Below, in pieces: positions 1-9,680 of a stretch of 64,000 nucleotides of DNA. Source of the DNA: an uncultured Candidatus Actinomarina sp. (GTDB lineage: Bacteria > Actinomycetota > Acidimicrobiia > Actinomarinales > Actinomarinaceae); assembly GCA_902526825.1 (NCBI GenBank), contig CABZMN010000001.1:7819-71818 (forward strand), written 5' to 3'. Made by a program: the position numbers and the translations under genes. Numbering within the stretch: position 1 is the stretch's first letter; each line of letters begins with the position of its first letter. The notes beneath the pieces were generated by a model. That model made no database searches. It had not been told where the DNA came from and saw only the letters and a list, made by a program, of their open reading frames with translations.

Positions 1-732
1 TGCCTCTAGATACCCTAAAGATTCATGTGTTGTGATTAATTTTCTATTTTGTGAAGGAACTGTTGATATTAGACCAGATACCTGACCTGTTAAACCACTC
101 AATTCACTCTTGTAGTCTGATGATAAAGCTTTGTAACTAGATTGATTATCTGGATCAAATTCACTTAATTTTGATTCAATATATTCAACAGCGTATACAA
201 CTCTACCTGGATCAAACCAGAAGTGAGGGTCGAACGCACCATGATCATGGCCTTCATGCCCATCATGACCTTCTTCATCATCATGACCTTCTTCATCATC
301 ATGACCTTCTTCATCATCATGATCATCATGATCATCATGCCCACCTTCTTTAAATTCTATTGGAAAAACATTATCGCCAATTTCAGCGAGTATCTCTTGA
401 CTACAGGCTGAGTTTTCTAGCAGTTTTACCACGGCCGCAGGTTCATATTTTAAACCTGTATAAAAAACTAGGTCGGCATCTGCAATTAATCCTGCATCCT
501 GTGGAGCAGGTTCGTACGTATGTGGATCCGCTTCAGGCGGCATTAAAATTGTAAGGTTTACATTGTCTCCAGCCACTTGACTAACAAATTCACCCATCAT
601 AGGGGTGGTGACTACGACATTTAAACTTCTTCCATCTGTTTCTGGACATCCTGCTTCGGTACCTCCAGAACATGCAATAAGCACAATTGAAAGAGCAACT
701 ACACTAAATTTAAAAAATTTGTTTTGTTTCAA
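1..732 (-). CDS. znuA: Zinc/metal ABC transporter substrate-binding lipoprotein (ZnuA/TroA family); the 3' end runs off the window
   Basis: Absent from the ORF track: TTG start at 732..730, open to position 1. My minus-strand translation reads (M)KQNKFFKFSVVALSIVLIACSGG (lipobox) ... VVVTTPMMGEFVSQVAGDNVNLTILMPPEADPHTYEPAPQD ... GGHDDHDDHDDEEGHDDEEGHDDEEGHDGHEGHDHGAFDPHFWFDP. DPHxYEP and DPHFWxDP are TroA/ZnuA hallmarks, and a His/acidic loop is typical of Zn-specific ZnuA. A GGAG RBS lies just upstream, and the gene is divergent from a Fur-family gene. Confidence 0.85.
   Translation of the reverse strand, partial: MKQNKFFKFSVVALSIVLIACSGGTEAGCPETDGRSLNVVVTTPMMGEFVSQVAGDNVNLTILMPPEADPHTYEPAPQDAGLIADADLVFYTGLKYEPAAVVKLLENSACSQEILAEIGDNVFPIEFKEGGHDDHDDHDDEEGHDDEEGHDDEEGHDGHEGHDHGAFDPHFWFDPGRVVYAVEYIESKLSEFDPDNQSSYKALSSDYKSELSGLTGQVSGLISTVPSQNRKLITTHESLGYLEA
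264..317 (-). repeat. Three perfect 18-nt tandem repeats inside znuA, encoding (DDEEGH)x3 of the metal-binding loop
   Basis: The plus strand reads catgaccttcttcatcat three times in a row. The plus-strand ORFs 171..353 and 223..411 are its antisense mirror. Confidence 0.9.
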
Positions 733-759
733 AATTCTCCTTTTTAATTTTTACAATAT

Positions 760-776
760 TTGAGATTAAGTCTCAA
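760..776. promoter_or_regulatory. Palindrome TTGAGAttaagTCTCAA; candidate Fur/Zur-type operator
   Basis: 6-5-6 inverted repeat in the 119-bp divergent znuA/zur spacer. It shares the TGAGA half-site with the second palindrome. Confidence 0.45.
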
Positions 777-796
777 TTATATATTTGTCAACAATA

Positions 797-817
797 AATG
801 AGAATTATTCTCATTTT
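797..817. promoter_or_regulatory. Zur-box-like perfect palindrome AAATGAGAATtATTCTCATTT
   Basis: 10-1-10 perfect inverted repeat 35 nt upstream of the zur start. The core TGAGAATTATTCTCA resembles the actinobacterial Zur box TGAAAATGATTTTCA. Confidence 0.6.
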
Positions 818-851
818 TTATTTTCTAATTTTTCGTTATAATTAAATAATT

Positions 852-1286
852 ATGAGAGACTCAAAAAAAATTTTATCAGAACATAAAGTTTCGATAACTA
901 ACCCAAGAATTCTTGTTCTTGAGGCTTTGTTAGATAATAAAAACCCTCTTACAATTGATGAACTTCAATCAAAACTAAAAAACAAAGTGGCAAAATCAAC
1001 TCTTTACCGTGTATTAAATGATTTAAAGAATATAAACATACTAAATGAGTTTACAGATCCCAATAACGCAACCGTTGTGGAACTTCTTTTAGAGGAAGAT
1101 TCTCATCATCATCACTTATTTTGTAGTGACTGTGGAGAAATAATAGATATTCAAATGGGTGAAAGTTTTGAAAGCACTTTATCAAAAGAAATAAAAAGAA
1201 TAGAAAAAAAGTTTAATTTTATAATTGAAGATCATAGGCTTGAGTTATTCGGAAAGTGTACTGATCTTTGTAAAAATTGTATTTAA
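852..1286 (+). CDS. zur: Fur-family metalloregulator, probably Zur
   Basis: N-terminal winged helix (ITNPRILVLEALL...STLYRVLNDL), HHHHLFCSDCG (His cluster plus CxxC) and a C-terminal CTDLCKNC second Cys pair. Adjacent to and divergent from znuA. Confidence 0.8.
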   Translation: MRDSKKILSEHKVSITNPRILVLEALLDNKNPLTIDELQSKLKNKVAKSTLYRVLNDLKNINILNEFTDPNNATVVELLLEEDSHHHHLFCSDCGEIIDIQMGESFESTLSKEIKRIEKKFNFIIEDHRLELFGKCTDLCKNCI

Positions 1287-1525
1287 AGATTTAAATAACA
1301 ATTCCAACTAAGGATGCTTGAATCAACATAGATTCAATTGCTTGATAGGTATGAAAATCTAATAACCTATTTACAACAGGGGTGAGGATACTTTGTGATG
1401 ATTCAGTATCCACTGCCAAATAAGCAGTTTCATATCCTTGAATTGTTAAATTACAAACTACACACATATTAAAATTCCCTGTTTTGTACAATTTTATAAA
1501 ATTATTAGTTTATTGTAAACACTAG

Positions 1526-2767
1526 ATGAAATATAATTCATCACCATATCTCAATCATGGGGTTGTAAATGTTGGAGATTTACCAATCCCTTTTGATATT
1601 GTTTTAAACTCTTCGGCTCTTGTTGTATTAATCACATTTGTATATTTGAAAATTTCCTGGAAAGAATCAATAATTGTCCGTAGAGAAGAGTCTTTCAATA
1701 ACAAGGAAAGTCTGACTGGAAAAATATTTGGGTTTTTTATATTATTTTTGCTTGTTACTCCAGGAATAGTTAGTAACGAATCAGCACAGACATCAATAGC
1801 TCCTCTTTTACTTTGGGTCTTTTTATGGATTGGTGTTCCCATCCTTGGTTTATTGTTTGGAGATGTATATGCAAAATTTAATCCACTAAATTTATTTTCT
1901 ATTTCTTCAAATAAACCTAAGTCTGTTTATTTTGCTTGCATCTTGTTTGTTGGACTAACCTGGTTTGAACTGGTTTGGAGAAAACCTGGAAATCCCTTCA
2001 ATATTGGTGTTGTCTTTATATTGCTTTTCATTAGCGTAAATTCATTGAGATATTTATTAAAAAAATCATTAATAGAAGTTGATCCATTACTTTTGCTTCA
2101 TTATTTATACAGCAAACTTAAACTGTTCAACTCTAAACCTTACTTCCGATCATTATTAGATAATATCGGGAACCTTGCAAGGTTAAAAGGTATTGAGTAT
2201 TTTGTACTTTTAATGATCGGTACCGTAACTTACGATGGTTTGAGAGAAACTACTTTTTGGTATGAACAATTCGGACCAAAAATAAATGATATGGGATTCT
2301 CAACATTAATGTTTTTTCTGATGAATTTAGCAACAATTCTGTTTTATCGTTTTGCCTGTTTCTTTGCAATAAAGATCGGAGGGTCTGATCTTGAGCTCAA
2401 TAAAGTATCTAATCTGTTTGGACATACAATGTTACCCATTGCTTTTGCTTATCACGTTACACACTATTTAACTCTGTTACTATTTGAATCTCAAACTTTC
2501 TTTTATCGAATGAATGATCCCATTGGGACCGGATTAAATCTATTTAGTACTCAGGAACCATCTATTAACTATTTTGTAGAACCTATAGTTATCTGGAGTA
2601 TTCAGGTAGGAGTTACACTTTTAGGCCATATGCTTAGTGTTGTTTTAGCTCATGATCTAGCAGTAAAACTTTTTGGTCATCAACAAAGTGATAAAACTCA
2701 ATATATATTTTTATTCATTACTGTTGCATTGACGCTTCAGGCTTTATTTGTTTTGAGTGTCGGATAA
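1526..2767 (+). CDS. Polytopic integral membrane protein of unknown function
   Basis: 413-aa ORF with roughly 9-10 hydrophobic segments. I recognise no catalytic motif. Confidence 0.6.
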   Translation: MKYNSSPYLNHGVVNVGDLPIPFDIVLNSSALVVLITFVYLKISWKESIIVRREESFNNKESLTGKIFGFFILFLLVTPGIVSNESAQTSIAPLLLWVFLWIGVPILGLLFGDVYAKFNPLNLFSISSNKPKSVYFACILFVGLTWFELVWRKPGNPFNIGVVFILLFISVNSLRYLLKKSLIEVDPLLLLHYLYSKLKLFNSKPYFRSLLDNIGNLARLKGIEYFVLLMIGTVTYDGLRETTFWYEQFGPKINDMGFSTLMFFLMNLATILFYRFACFFAIKIGGSDLELNKVSNLFGHTMLPIAFAYHVTHYLTLLLFESQTFFYRMNDPIGTGLNLFSTQEPSINYFVEPIVIWSIQVGVTLLGHMLSVVLAHDLAVKLFGHQQSDKTQYIFLFITVALTLQALFVLSVG

Positions 2768-4036
2768 CTTTTTCTCTATACTTGCAATACGCTCAGCTAT
2801 TGGAGGATGAGAATAGTAATAAGAACTATATAAAGAATCTGGTGTTAAGTTGCTTGCATTATCTTTAGTAAGTTTTAGAAGACCTGAAATCATATATTTC
2901 CCATCAGTAAATTTAAAAGAAAAATCATCTGCTGCAAATTCCCTTTGTCTTGATAGATAAGAAGCAATAGGTCGAGTAAAAAAGGTATACGTCCCAGCAA
3001 CAAGGTAAAAAAGAATAAATTTGGAATATAAAGTAATGTCATTTAACCCATGAGATATAAAAAAGTTTTCTGACTTAAAAACCTCGCTTAAAATATAAAA
3101 ACCAATAAAACCAAAAACCAACGAGCTAATAAGTGACTTTCTAATATGTCCAAGTTTATAGTGACCTAATTCGTGACCTAAAATTGCCTCCATTTCATCA
3201 GGTGTAATTGTTTCAAGTAATGTATCGTAAAAAACTATTCTCTTATTGTTACCAAATCCAGTAAAAAAAGCATTTCCATGTGAGCTTCTCAAGCTAGCAT
3301 TCATAACAAAAAGACCTTTTGCTTTGAATTTGACTTTCTCTAACAGTTTTTCTATTGGCTTTTTAAATTGCTCGTCATCAAGAGGTTCAAATTTATTGAA
3401 TAGTGGCATTATTAATACTGGGTAAAGAAAGAAAATAATCAACTGTATTGAAAATACTGCACCAAAAGCAAATATCCACCAGTTGCTTCCTAGGTTTTCA
3501 ATTATTCCAATCACCACTGCATAAATTGAACATGATATAAGAGATGAAATAATCAGATTTTTGAATATGTCTGTTACAAATGTTTTTTTTGTTGTCTTAT
3601 TAAAACCATATTTTTCCTCAATCACGAATGTTGAATATATAGCTAAAGGGATTTCTAGTATTTCTGAAATAATAATTATAAAAAAACCTAGCAGAATAGC
3701 ACCTAGTATATTTGATGATGTTATTCCCAAAACGACTTCAGTTAGCCAGCTAAGTAATCCCCCAAGGGTAAGAAGTAAAAGAATAAATATACTTACTAAA
3801 GAGACGAGAATCTGAAACTTTAACCTATCAAGGTTGTAATCTGTAGATTTTTTATATTCCTCACTGTTGACAATATTTTCAAACCTTTCTGGAACCCTTC
3901 CTTCGTTTTGTTTTATAGAATTTATATTTCGATACTTTAAATAAGTCTCAATAGTAAATTTCAATCCTATAAATAAAATAAATAGAGTTGTGAAATTAAT
4001 TGATTCTATTGTTTCCAGAATTTCCATATCAGACAA
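2744..4036 (-). CDS. M48-family zinc metalloprotease (Ste24/HtpX-like)
   Basis: HELGHYKLGH (HExxH) after several N-terminal TM helices. The size and layout fit Ste24-type CAAX protease homologues. Confidence 0.8.
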   Translation of the reverse strand: MSDMEILETIESINFTTLFILFIGLKFTIETYLKYRNINSIKQNEGRVPERFENIVNSEEYKKSTDYNLDRLKFQILVSLVSIFILLLLTLGGLLSWLTEVVLGITSSNILGAILLGFFIIIISEILEIPLAIYSTFVIEEKYGFNKTTKKTFVTDIFKNLIISSLISCSIYAVVIGIIENLGSNWWIFAFGAVFSIQLIIFFLYPVLIMPLFNKFEPLDDEQFKKPIEKLLEKVKFKAKGLFVMNASLRSSHGNAFFTGFGNNKRIVFYDTLLETITPDEMEAILGHELGHYKLGHIRKSLISSLVFGFIGFYILSEVFKSENFFISHGLNDITLYSKFILFYLVAGTYTFFTRPIASYLSRQREFAADDFSFKFTDGKYMISGLLKLTKDNASNLTPDSLYSSYYYSHPPIAERIASIEKKLSDTQNK

Positions 4037-4097
4037 TATTAACTGTTTTAACGGTATCTAAATAATTTTTTAAAGTAAAAATAAAGGTTCCTTATCT

Positions 4098-4862
4098 TTA
4101 TTTACCAAATCTTCTATCCCGTTGAACATACTCTCTAAGACACCTTAAGAAATCAATCTTCCTAAACTCAGGCCAATAAACATCTTGGAATACAACTTCA
4201 GAATAAGCACTTTGCCATAGTAGAAATCCAGATAGTCTTGACTCTCCGCTAGTTCTAATTATCAAATCGATATCTGGTGAGTCAGGAGAGTATAAATGGT
4301 CTCTTATTTGTTCATCATTAATACTTTTTATCAAATCATCAATGTTTAAATCTTTGTTTTCTTTGAGTAAGCTCTTTATTGCATCAACTATCTCCTGCCT
4401 ACCTCCGTAACCGAGTGCAATTGTAAGTACTTTCTCACCTCCTCCTCTGATTTCTTGTAATTGTTTAATGGAGTTTTGAAGATATTCTGGAAGTAAATCA
4501 GTGCTTCCTACAAAATTTATTTTAAAATTATCAACTAGATCATCTATAAGTAATTCTTGAAATAATTCATTTAAAACAAGATAATAAGAATTTAATTCCT
4601 CATCAGGTCTTGAAAGGTTCTCTTTAGACAGCAACCAGCTTGTAACATGATTAATTCCAAGCTCATCACACCAGGCTAAACACTCTTTAAATCGAACCAT
4701 TCCAATCCTGTAAGAAACTTCATATGTAAGAAGATTCTCCCTTCTTGCATAACGTCTATGCCCATCATGAATTAGGCCGATGTGTTGTGGAAGGTTTTCA
4801 TTTTTTATTTTGTTTTGAAGTCTATTTTCGTATACAGAATAAACAAATCTAGGAGTGACCAT
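4098..4862 (-). CDS. uppS: Isoprenyl (undecaprenyl/Z-prenyl) diphosphate synthase
   Basis: HIGLIHDGHRRYA and IRTSGESRLSGFLLWQSAYSE are cis-prenyltransferase signatures. Confidence 0.9.
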   Translation of the reverse strand: MVTPRFVYSVYENRLQNKIKNENLPQHIGLIHDGHRRYARRENLLTYEVSYRIGMVRFKECLAWCDELGINHVTSWLLSKENLSRPDEELNSYYLVLNELFQELLIDDLVDNFKINFVGSTDLLPEYLQNSIKQLQEIRGGGEKVLTIALGYGGRQEIVDAIKSLLKENKDLNIDDLIKSINDEQIRDHLYSPDSPDIDLIIRTSGESRLSGFLLWQSAYSEVVFQDVYWPEFRKIDFLRCLREYVQRDRRFGK

Positions 4863-4864
4863 AA

Positions 4865-6289
4865 TTAACTACAAATTGCTTCAATGTCTTCAATAGTTTT
4901 TGGTGCTTCCTCGGTTAAATTAATTGGTTCATCATCAGTGCAAACAATATCGTCTTCAATGCGGATCCCTATTCCAAGAAGATCTTTTGGAATTATGTGC
5001 TTAATAGATTTAGCATCTTTCATTTCTTCATTTTCTAATTTTGTCGCTTTTTCCATACCAAGGATTTTTCTTCTTTCTCTAATTTCCTTCGGGTCTCTTT
5101 CAAGTAATTTAAACTCAATTTCTGGTTTGTTTGGCCGTATATAGATACCAGGCTCAACTGTTGTTACCATACCTGGCATTAATTTTCTAGGCTTATTGTT
5201 TTCTTCTATACTTCCAGCGTCGTGAACATCTAGACCCAGCCAATGTCCTGTTCCATGCATAAAAAATTCAAAATAATGCATCATAGAAATTGTTTCATCA
5301 ACTCCCATTGGAACTAATCCTAAATCAACCAATGATTGAGAAATTGAAGAAACTGTTAACTTATGAATATCGGACATAGTATTTTTTGCGTTTACATTAC
5401 TAATCCCAAGGGCTTGAGCCTTTAGTACTTCTTGGTAAACATCTTTTTGTGGAGCTGAGAATTTCCCATTTATTGGAAATGTTCTAGTTACGTCAGAAGA
5501 ATACATATTATATTCTGCTCCAGCATCAATTAAGACCAAACCATCATTATCTACTTTTTCTCTATTTGTTGAGTAGTGAAGAATACAAGAATTGTCTCCA
5601 GATGCAACAATTGATGGATAGCCAAGTCTTTCAGCACCTAAATCATAAAATGTTTTTTCCATTTCTGCTTCAATTTGGTACTCAAACATTTCTTTTTGAG
5701 CGTACTGCATTGATACCTTATGTCCTTCGACTGTTATGTCACAGGCTTTTTTCAAATTATTAATTTCATCATCATTTTTGATAAGTCGAAGCTCAGAAAG
5801 TATAGGAGAGAGAGACTTTAGCGATGCATCACTAAAACTAGCTCCCCTTTGATCGTATGGTGTTGCTTGATTAATTATTTTTTTATCGTATTTTTCGAAA
5901 GAATTATTTGAGTAATTACAGTAAATATTTTGTATTCCTGAGAGTAGTTTTGGGGCTATTTTTTCATAATCCTCATAAGTAAAAGCGTCTGTTGCACCAA
6001 AGAGTTTTTTTGCGCCCTCTGGTCCAAATCTTTTTCCATCCCAGGTTTCCATTTCTACATTTCTATCCTGAACAAATAGATAGAGATCTGGTTGTTTGTT
6101 TTTAATGATGATTATTGCATGTGCAAATGGCTCTGGCCAGGCTGTTAAATAATGGAAGTTTGAATCTTGTCTAAAATCAAAGGCTACATCATTGTTTCTA
6201 TAAATTGTATTGTTTCCATGTAAAAGAACAGCTCCTTCGCCTATTTCTTTAGCAAGATTTTCTCTATTAAATTTTGATAATTCCATCAT
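4865..6289 (-). CDS. Xaa-Pro aminopeptidase (M24B)
   Basis: DAGAEYNMYSSDVTRTF, HGTGHWLGLDVHD and GMVTTVEPGIY are the M24 pita-bread metal-ligand motifs. Confidence 0.85.
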   Translation of the reverse strand: MMELSKFNRENLAKEIGEGAVLLHGNNTIYRNNDVAFDFRQDSNFHYLTAWPEPFAHAIIIIKNKQPDLYLFVQDRNVEMETWDGKRFGPEGAKKLFGATDAFTYEDYEKIAPKLLSGIQNIYCNYSNNSFEKYDKKIINQATPYDQRGASFSDASLKSLSPILSELRLIKNDDEINNLKKACDITVEGHKVSMQYAQKEMFEYQIEAEMEKTFYDLGAERLGYPSIVASGDNSCILHYSTNREKVDNDGLVLIDAGAEYNMYSSDVTRTFPINGKFSAPQKDVYQEVLKAQALGISNVNAKNTMSDIHKLTVSSISQSLVDLGLVPMGVDETISMMHYFEFFMHGTGHWLGLDVHDAGSIEENNKPRKLMPGMVTTVEPGIYIRPNKPEIEFKLLERDPKEIRERRKILGMEKATKLENEEMKDAKSIKHIIPKDLLGIGIRIEDDIVCTDDEPINLTEEAPKTIEDIEAICS

Positions 6290-6334
6290 TCAAATAAGGA
6301 TAATGTAGATAAGTAGAAAATTGCTAGTAGATTT

Positions 6335-6796
6335 TTATATCAGATACGAATCAAGTGATTTTGAAATTAAAGTTGCCTCTTTATTTCCATAAGAAATGAT
6401 TAAAACAACATTATCACCTGCTATCGAAGCAGCTATACCATCTATATATAAATTATCTACTGCTTCGGCAACAACTTGAGCCGCAGCAGTTGTTGTTTTT
6501 ATAATGACTTGGTTAGAAACTGGTTCAACGCTTACAACAAAATCTCTTAAAGCTTTTTTGGCTATTGATTTTTGGGCATTATTTATATCATCTTTTGGAA
6601 GAATATATTTTAAATTATTTTTTGAATCTCTTTTTTTACTTGCACCAATTTCCGTAAGGTCTCTAGATAGAGTAGCTTGCGTAATTGAGATACCACTATT
6701 TTTTAAGATTCCCTTTAATTGATTCTGGGAAGTAATTTTTCCCTCTTCAATTAAATCAGCAATTAATTTTTGTCGTTGTATAGTTGATTTTGACAT
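6335..6796 (-). CDS. argR: Arginine repressor
   Basis: N-terminal wHTH with ITQATLSRDL. The C-terminal oligomerisation domain reads AGDNVVLII. Confidence 0.8.
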   Translation of the reverse strand: MSKSTIQRQKLIADLIEEGKITSQNQLKGILKNSGISITQATLSRDLTEIGASKKRDSKNNLKYILPKDDINNAQKSIAKKALRDFVVSVEPVSNQVIIKTTTAAAQVVAEAVDNLYIDGIAASIAGDNVVLIISYGNKEATLISKSLDSYLI

Positions 6797-6832
6797 ATGT
6801 ATAAATATACATTATTTTGAATATTTATACAA

Positions 6833-8206
6833 CTAAAGTTTTTTATAAACTTCCTTGGCTAATTTAATTGCTTCGTCTTTTGAAACTTCACCTTCATTAA
6901 TTCTTTGTTCATACAAAGACTGCATTATTTTTCCTAAGATTGGACCTGGCTCAATTTTTAAAATTTTCATAATTTCATTTCCATTCACGGGAGGCCTTAA
7001 TTTATCAAGTTCCTCTTTTTCCTTAACTTCTTTAATTCTTTGTTCCATCTCATCAAGTGTTTTATGTATATCTTGTTTTTTTTGTTTGTTTTTAGTTGTT
7101 ACGTCTGCTCTAACTAGTGCATTTAAATCATCAAGCATATGTCCGGCGTCAACAATATATCTTCTTACTGCAGAATCTGTCCACCCCATCTTAAAAGTAT
7201 GTGGGCGCGCGCTCTGTTCTACAAGTTGTGCTACATCTTCAATTGTTTTATTGTCATACTTCAATCGTTTTAATATTTTTTTTGTCATTCTTGCACCAAC
7301 TACTTCGTGGTGTCTGAAGTGAACTTTGCCATTTTCTATACCTTTAGTATTTGGTTTGGCAATATCATGCAGAAGCGCTCCCATTCTTAATGTGAATTTT
7401 GGTGGTACCCCGTCTAAAACTTCTAATGAGTGTTCGTAAACATCTTTGTGGTGGTGCTTTGGATCAACTTCCATTTTAAGTTCATTTATTTCTGGAATGA
7501 TATACAAACTTAAACCACTTTCGACTAAAGCACGGATACCCATTGGAGCGTCTTTGCCGAGTAAGAGTTTAGTAATTTCATCTCTGACTCTTTCAACTGA
7601 TACTATTTTGATTCTTTCAGTATTGTTTCTAATTGCTGTATAAGTATCATCATCAGGTGAAAATCCATGAGTGCTAATGAACCTGCATAGCCTTAACATT
7701 CTTAGAGGGTCGTCTGAAAATGAAATAACTGGGTCATCAGGAGTTTTAATTATTCCCTGAGCTAAATCTTTAAGTCCGAAAAATGGATCAAGAAGTTCGT
7801 TTTTGTTAATCGAATAAGCTATCGAATTAATTGTGAAATCTCTTCTAGAAAGATCTGAATTTAAATCTGGTACTGATTGTATAGATGGGTTTCTTGAAGA
7901 ATTTTCATATGTATCTTTCCTATAAGTTGTTATGTGAATTGAACTTTCTTTAAGTTGTAACTCAATCGTTCCAAATGCTTTCCCTACTTCTGTAGTTTTA
8001 TACCCTTCATCATTAAGCATTTTTATAGACTCTTCTGGTGATGCATTAGTTGTGAAATCAAAATCTTTTGTAGGAATGTTTAAAATACCATCCCTTACAG
8101 CACCTCCAACAAGATAAAAATCATATCCATTTGATTCGTAAAGGTTCGAAAGAGATTTTAAATATCTATTATTGTCAATTAAATCTGAAAGACTTCTTGG
8201 TACCAT
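6833..8206 (-). CDS. cca: CCA-adding tRNA nucleotidyltransferase / poly(A) polymerase family with an HD domain
   Basis: YLVGGAVRDGILN...DFDFTT nucleotidyltransferase head, RRDFTINSIA, and a later HD region (HHHKDVYEHSL, LLHDIAKP). Confidence 0.85.
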   Translation of the reverse strand: MVPRSLSDLIDNNRYLKSLSNLYESNGYDFYLVGGAVRDGILNIPTKDFDFTTNASPEESIKMLNDEGYKTTEVGKAFGTIELQLKESSIHITTYRKDTYENSSRNPSIQSVPDLNSDLSRRDFTINSIAYSINKNELLDPFFGLKDLAQGIIKTPDDPVISFSDDPLRMLRLCRFISTHGFSPDDDTYTAIRNNTERIKIVSVERVRDEITKLLLGKDAPMGIRALVESGLSLYIIPEINELKMEVDPKHHHKDVYEHSLEVLDGVPPKFTLRMGALLHDIAKPNTKGIENGKVHFRHHEVVGARMTKKILKRLKYDNKTIEDVAQLVEQSARPHTFKMGWTDSAVRRYIVDAGHMLDDLNALVRADVTTKNKQKKQDIHKTLDEMEQRIKEVKEKEELDKLRPPVNGNEIMKILKIEPGPILGKIMQSLYEQRINEGEVSKDEAIKLAKEVYKKL

Positions 8207-8244
8207 ATTGTTAGCTTAGAAGAATTTTAGGGTAACAATAAAAT

Positions 8245-8679
8245 ATGAATTCAAAAGTTGATTTTGCAGCTGGTGGCATCATTTTAATTGACAAAAAGAT
8301 ACTGCTGGTAAAAAATAGATTAAGTGAAGAATATGCGGGTGATTACGATTCTGGATTTTGGGGTTATCCAAAAGGTCATTTAGACGATGAAGAAACACCA
8401 ATAAAAGCTGCGGAAAGAGAGGTTTATGAAGAAACTGGTTTTAAAGTTTCTGCTGTTGGAAATAAACCTATTGCAGAATCCCGTTATGAGATAAAAAAAG
8501 ATGGTGAACCAGTTAAAAAAACTGTCTGGTTTTATGAAATGAATGTTGTTGAAAGTTTCTCAAAAGAGCCTGATGATGAAATAGAGGAGATTGCCATTGT
8601 TCCCTTTGAAGAGGCTTATAAATTATTAGCATATGAAGAAGATAAAAAAATTTTAAAATATGTATTCAACAGAAAATAA
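8245..8679 (+). CDS. NUDIX hydrolase
   Basis: Nudix box GHLDDEETPIKAAEREVYEETG. Confidence 0.85.
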   Translation: MNSKVDFAAGGIILIDKKILLVKNRLSEEYAGDYDSGFWGYPKGHLDDEETPIKAAEREVYEETGFKVSAVGNKPIAESRYEIKKDGEPVKKTVWFYEMNVVESFSKEPDDEIEEIAIVPFEEAYKLLAYEEDKKILKYVFNRK

Positions 8680-9367
8680 AAAGATTCATTACTTTTACAA
8701 CGGAATATTTTATACAAGGAGTATTAATGAATTTGTTAATGATATATTGTTCCAAAAAATTTACGGAGGAGAAGGGCTTTTAAAAAAAATATTAAAAATA
8801 TCAAAAAATTCAAACATTAGTTTTAGTTCGTCAATGATAAATGAAAATTCAATTAAACCTTGGATTAAATCAGGATGGACCATCAATCATAAATTAAATG
8901 TTTGTGTATTAAACCTAAGAAATTCAAACCATAGAAACCTGAGTGAGAATAAACAAATAGAAATTAAAAAACTTGAACATAAAGATATAGAATATTTGCT
9001 TGAATTAGATCACAAAATATTTGAGGATTATTGGAAAAATTCTAAATCAGGTCTTGAGGAGACTATGAAGAGCTGTAACAACAATTATTTATTTAAAAGT
9101 GGAGACGAAAATAACCTTGATGGTTATGCAATTTTAGGAGAGACTAGAAAGTTTACTTATCTTCAACGAATAGGAATAGTAAAGAACCATCAAGGATCAG
9201 GTCTTGGAAATAATTTACTTAATTACGTAATTAATTTTGCTGTTAAAAAAAAGTTTATAAATATGAAACTTAATACCCAAAGCGACAATATTGCCGCTCT
9301 TAATCTATATAAAAAAAATAAATTTGAGATTTCACCAAGAAAGCTTGTAATTATGAAAACTTCATGA
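8660..9367 (+). CDS. GNAT-family N-acetyltransferase with an uncharacterised N-terminal half
   Basis: Acetyl-CoA motif QRIGIVKNHQGSGLGNNLLNY plus NIAALNLYKKNKF. Confidence 0.65.
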   Translation: MYSTENKKIHYFYNGIFYTRSINEFVNDILFQKIYGGEGLLKKILKISKNSNISFSSSMINENSIKPWIKSGWTINHKLNVCVLNLRNSNHRNLSENKQIEIKKLEHKDIEYLLELDHKIFEDYWKNSKSGLEETMKSCNNNYLFKSGDENNLDGYAILGETRKFTYLQRIGIVKNHQGSGLGNNLLNYVINFAVKKKFINMKLNTQSDNIAALNLYKKNKFEISPRKLVIMKTS

Positions 9368-9395
9368 ATAGTTTTACATAGCTTATGATTAACTT

Positions 9396-9680
9396 ATGGA
9401 GGAAGATAGCTTTATTGAATCGGTTGAGAGCTTAATAAAAAGTGTAAAAGATCTTATTGTTCAACCCGTAAAAAGACTTACTGGTTTTGCATCTTTAGGT
9501 TTACTACTTGTTGTATTATTAATCACTGCAGTAATATTTTTATTCTCAGGAATATTAAAGATTATGCAAGGACTTGGTCTTTTACTTGGCGTTAACCCTA
9601 CTGGATTTGCAATGGGTGCACTCGGCTTAGTATTTATGATTTTGTCATTGAATAGTTACAGAAAGAAAAAAAATGGATGA
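9396..9680 (+). CDS. Small membrane protein with two or three TM helices, unknown function
   Basis: 94-aa ORF with hydrophobic stretches and a basic tail. It overlaps the trxB start by 8 nt. Confidence 0.5.
   Translation: MEEDSFIESVESLIKSVKDLIVQPVKRLTGFASLGLLLVVLLITAVIFLFSGILKIMQGLGLLLGVNPTGFAMGALGLVFMILSLNSYRKKKNG

Noticed and set aside
171-411. Plus-strand ORFs encoding HHDLLHHHD... and IIMTFFIIMTFF... repeats
   Set aside because: They are the antisense reading of the znuA His/acidic-loop tandem repeat. The minus-strand frame gives a full ZnuA-family protein with a lipobox and an RBS.
1291-1491. 66-aa minus-strand ORF between zur and the membrane-protein gene
   Set aside because: It has a TTG start with no RBS, and I recognise no motif. 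The region contains hairpins (TTGAATC-aacata-GATTCAA, GGATACT-N12-AGTATCC) that look more like terminator or regulatory sequence. It cannot be excluded as a real small gene.
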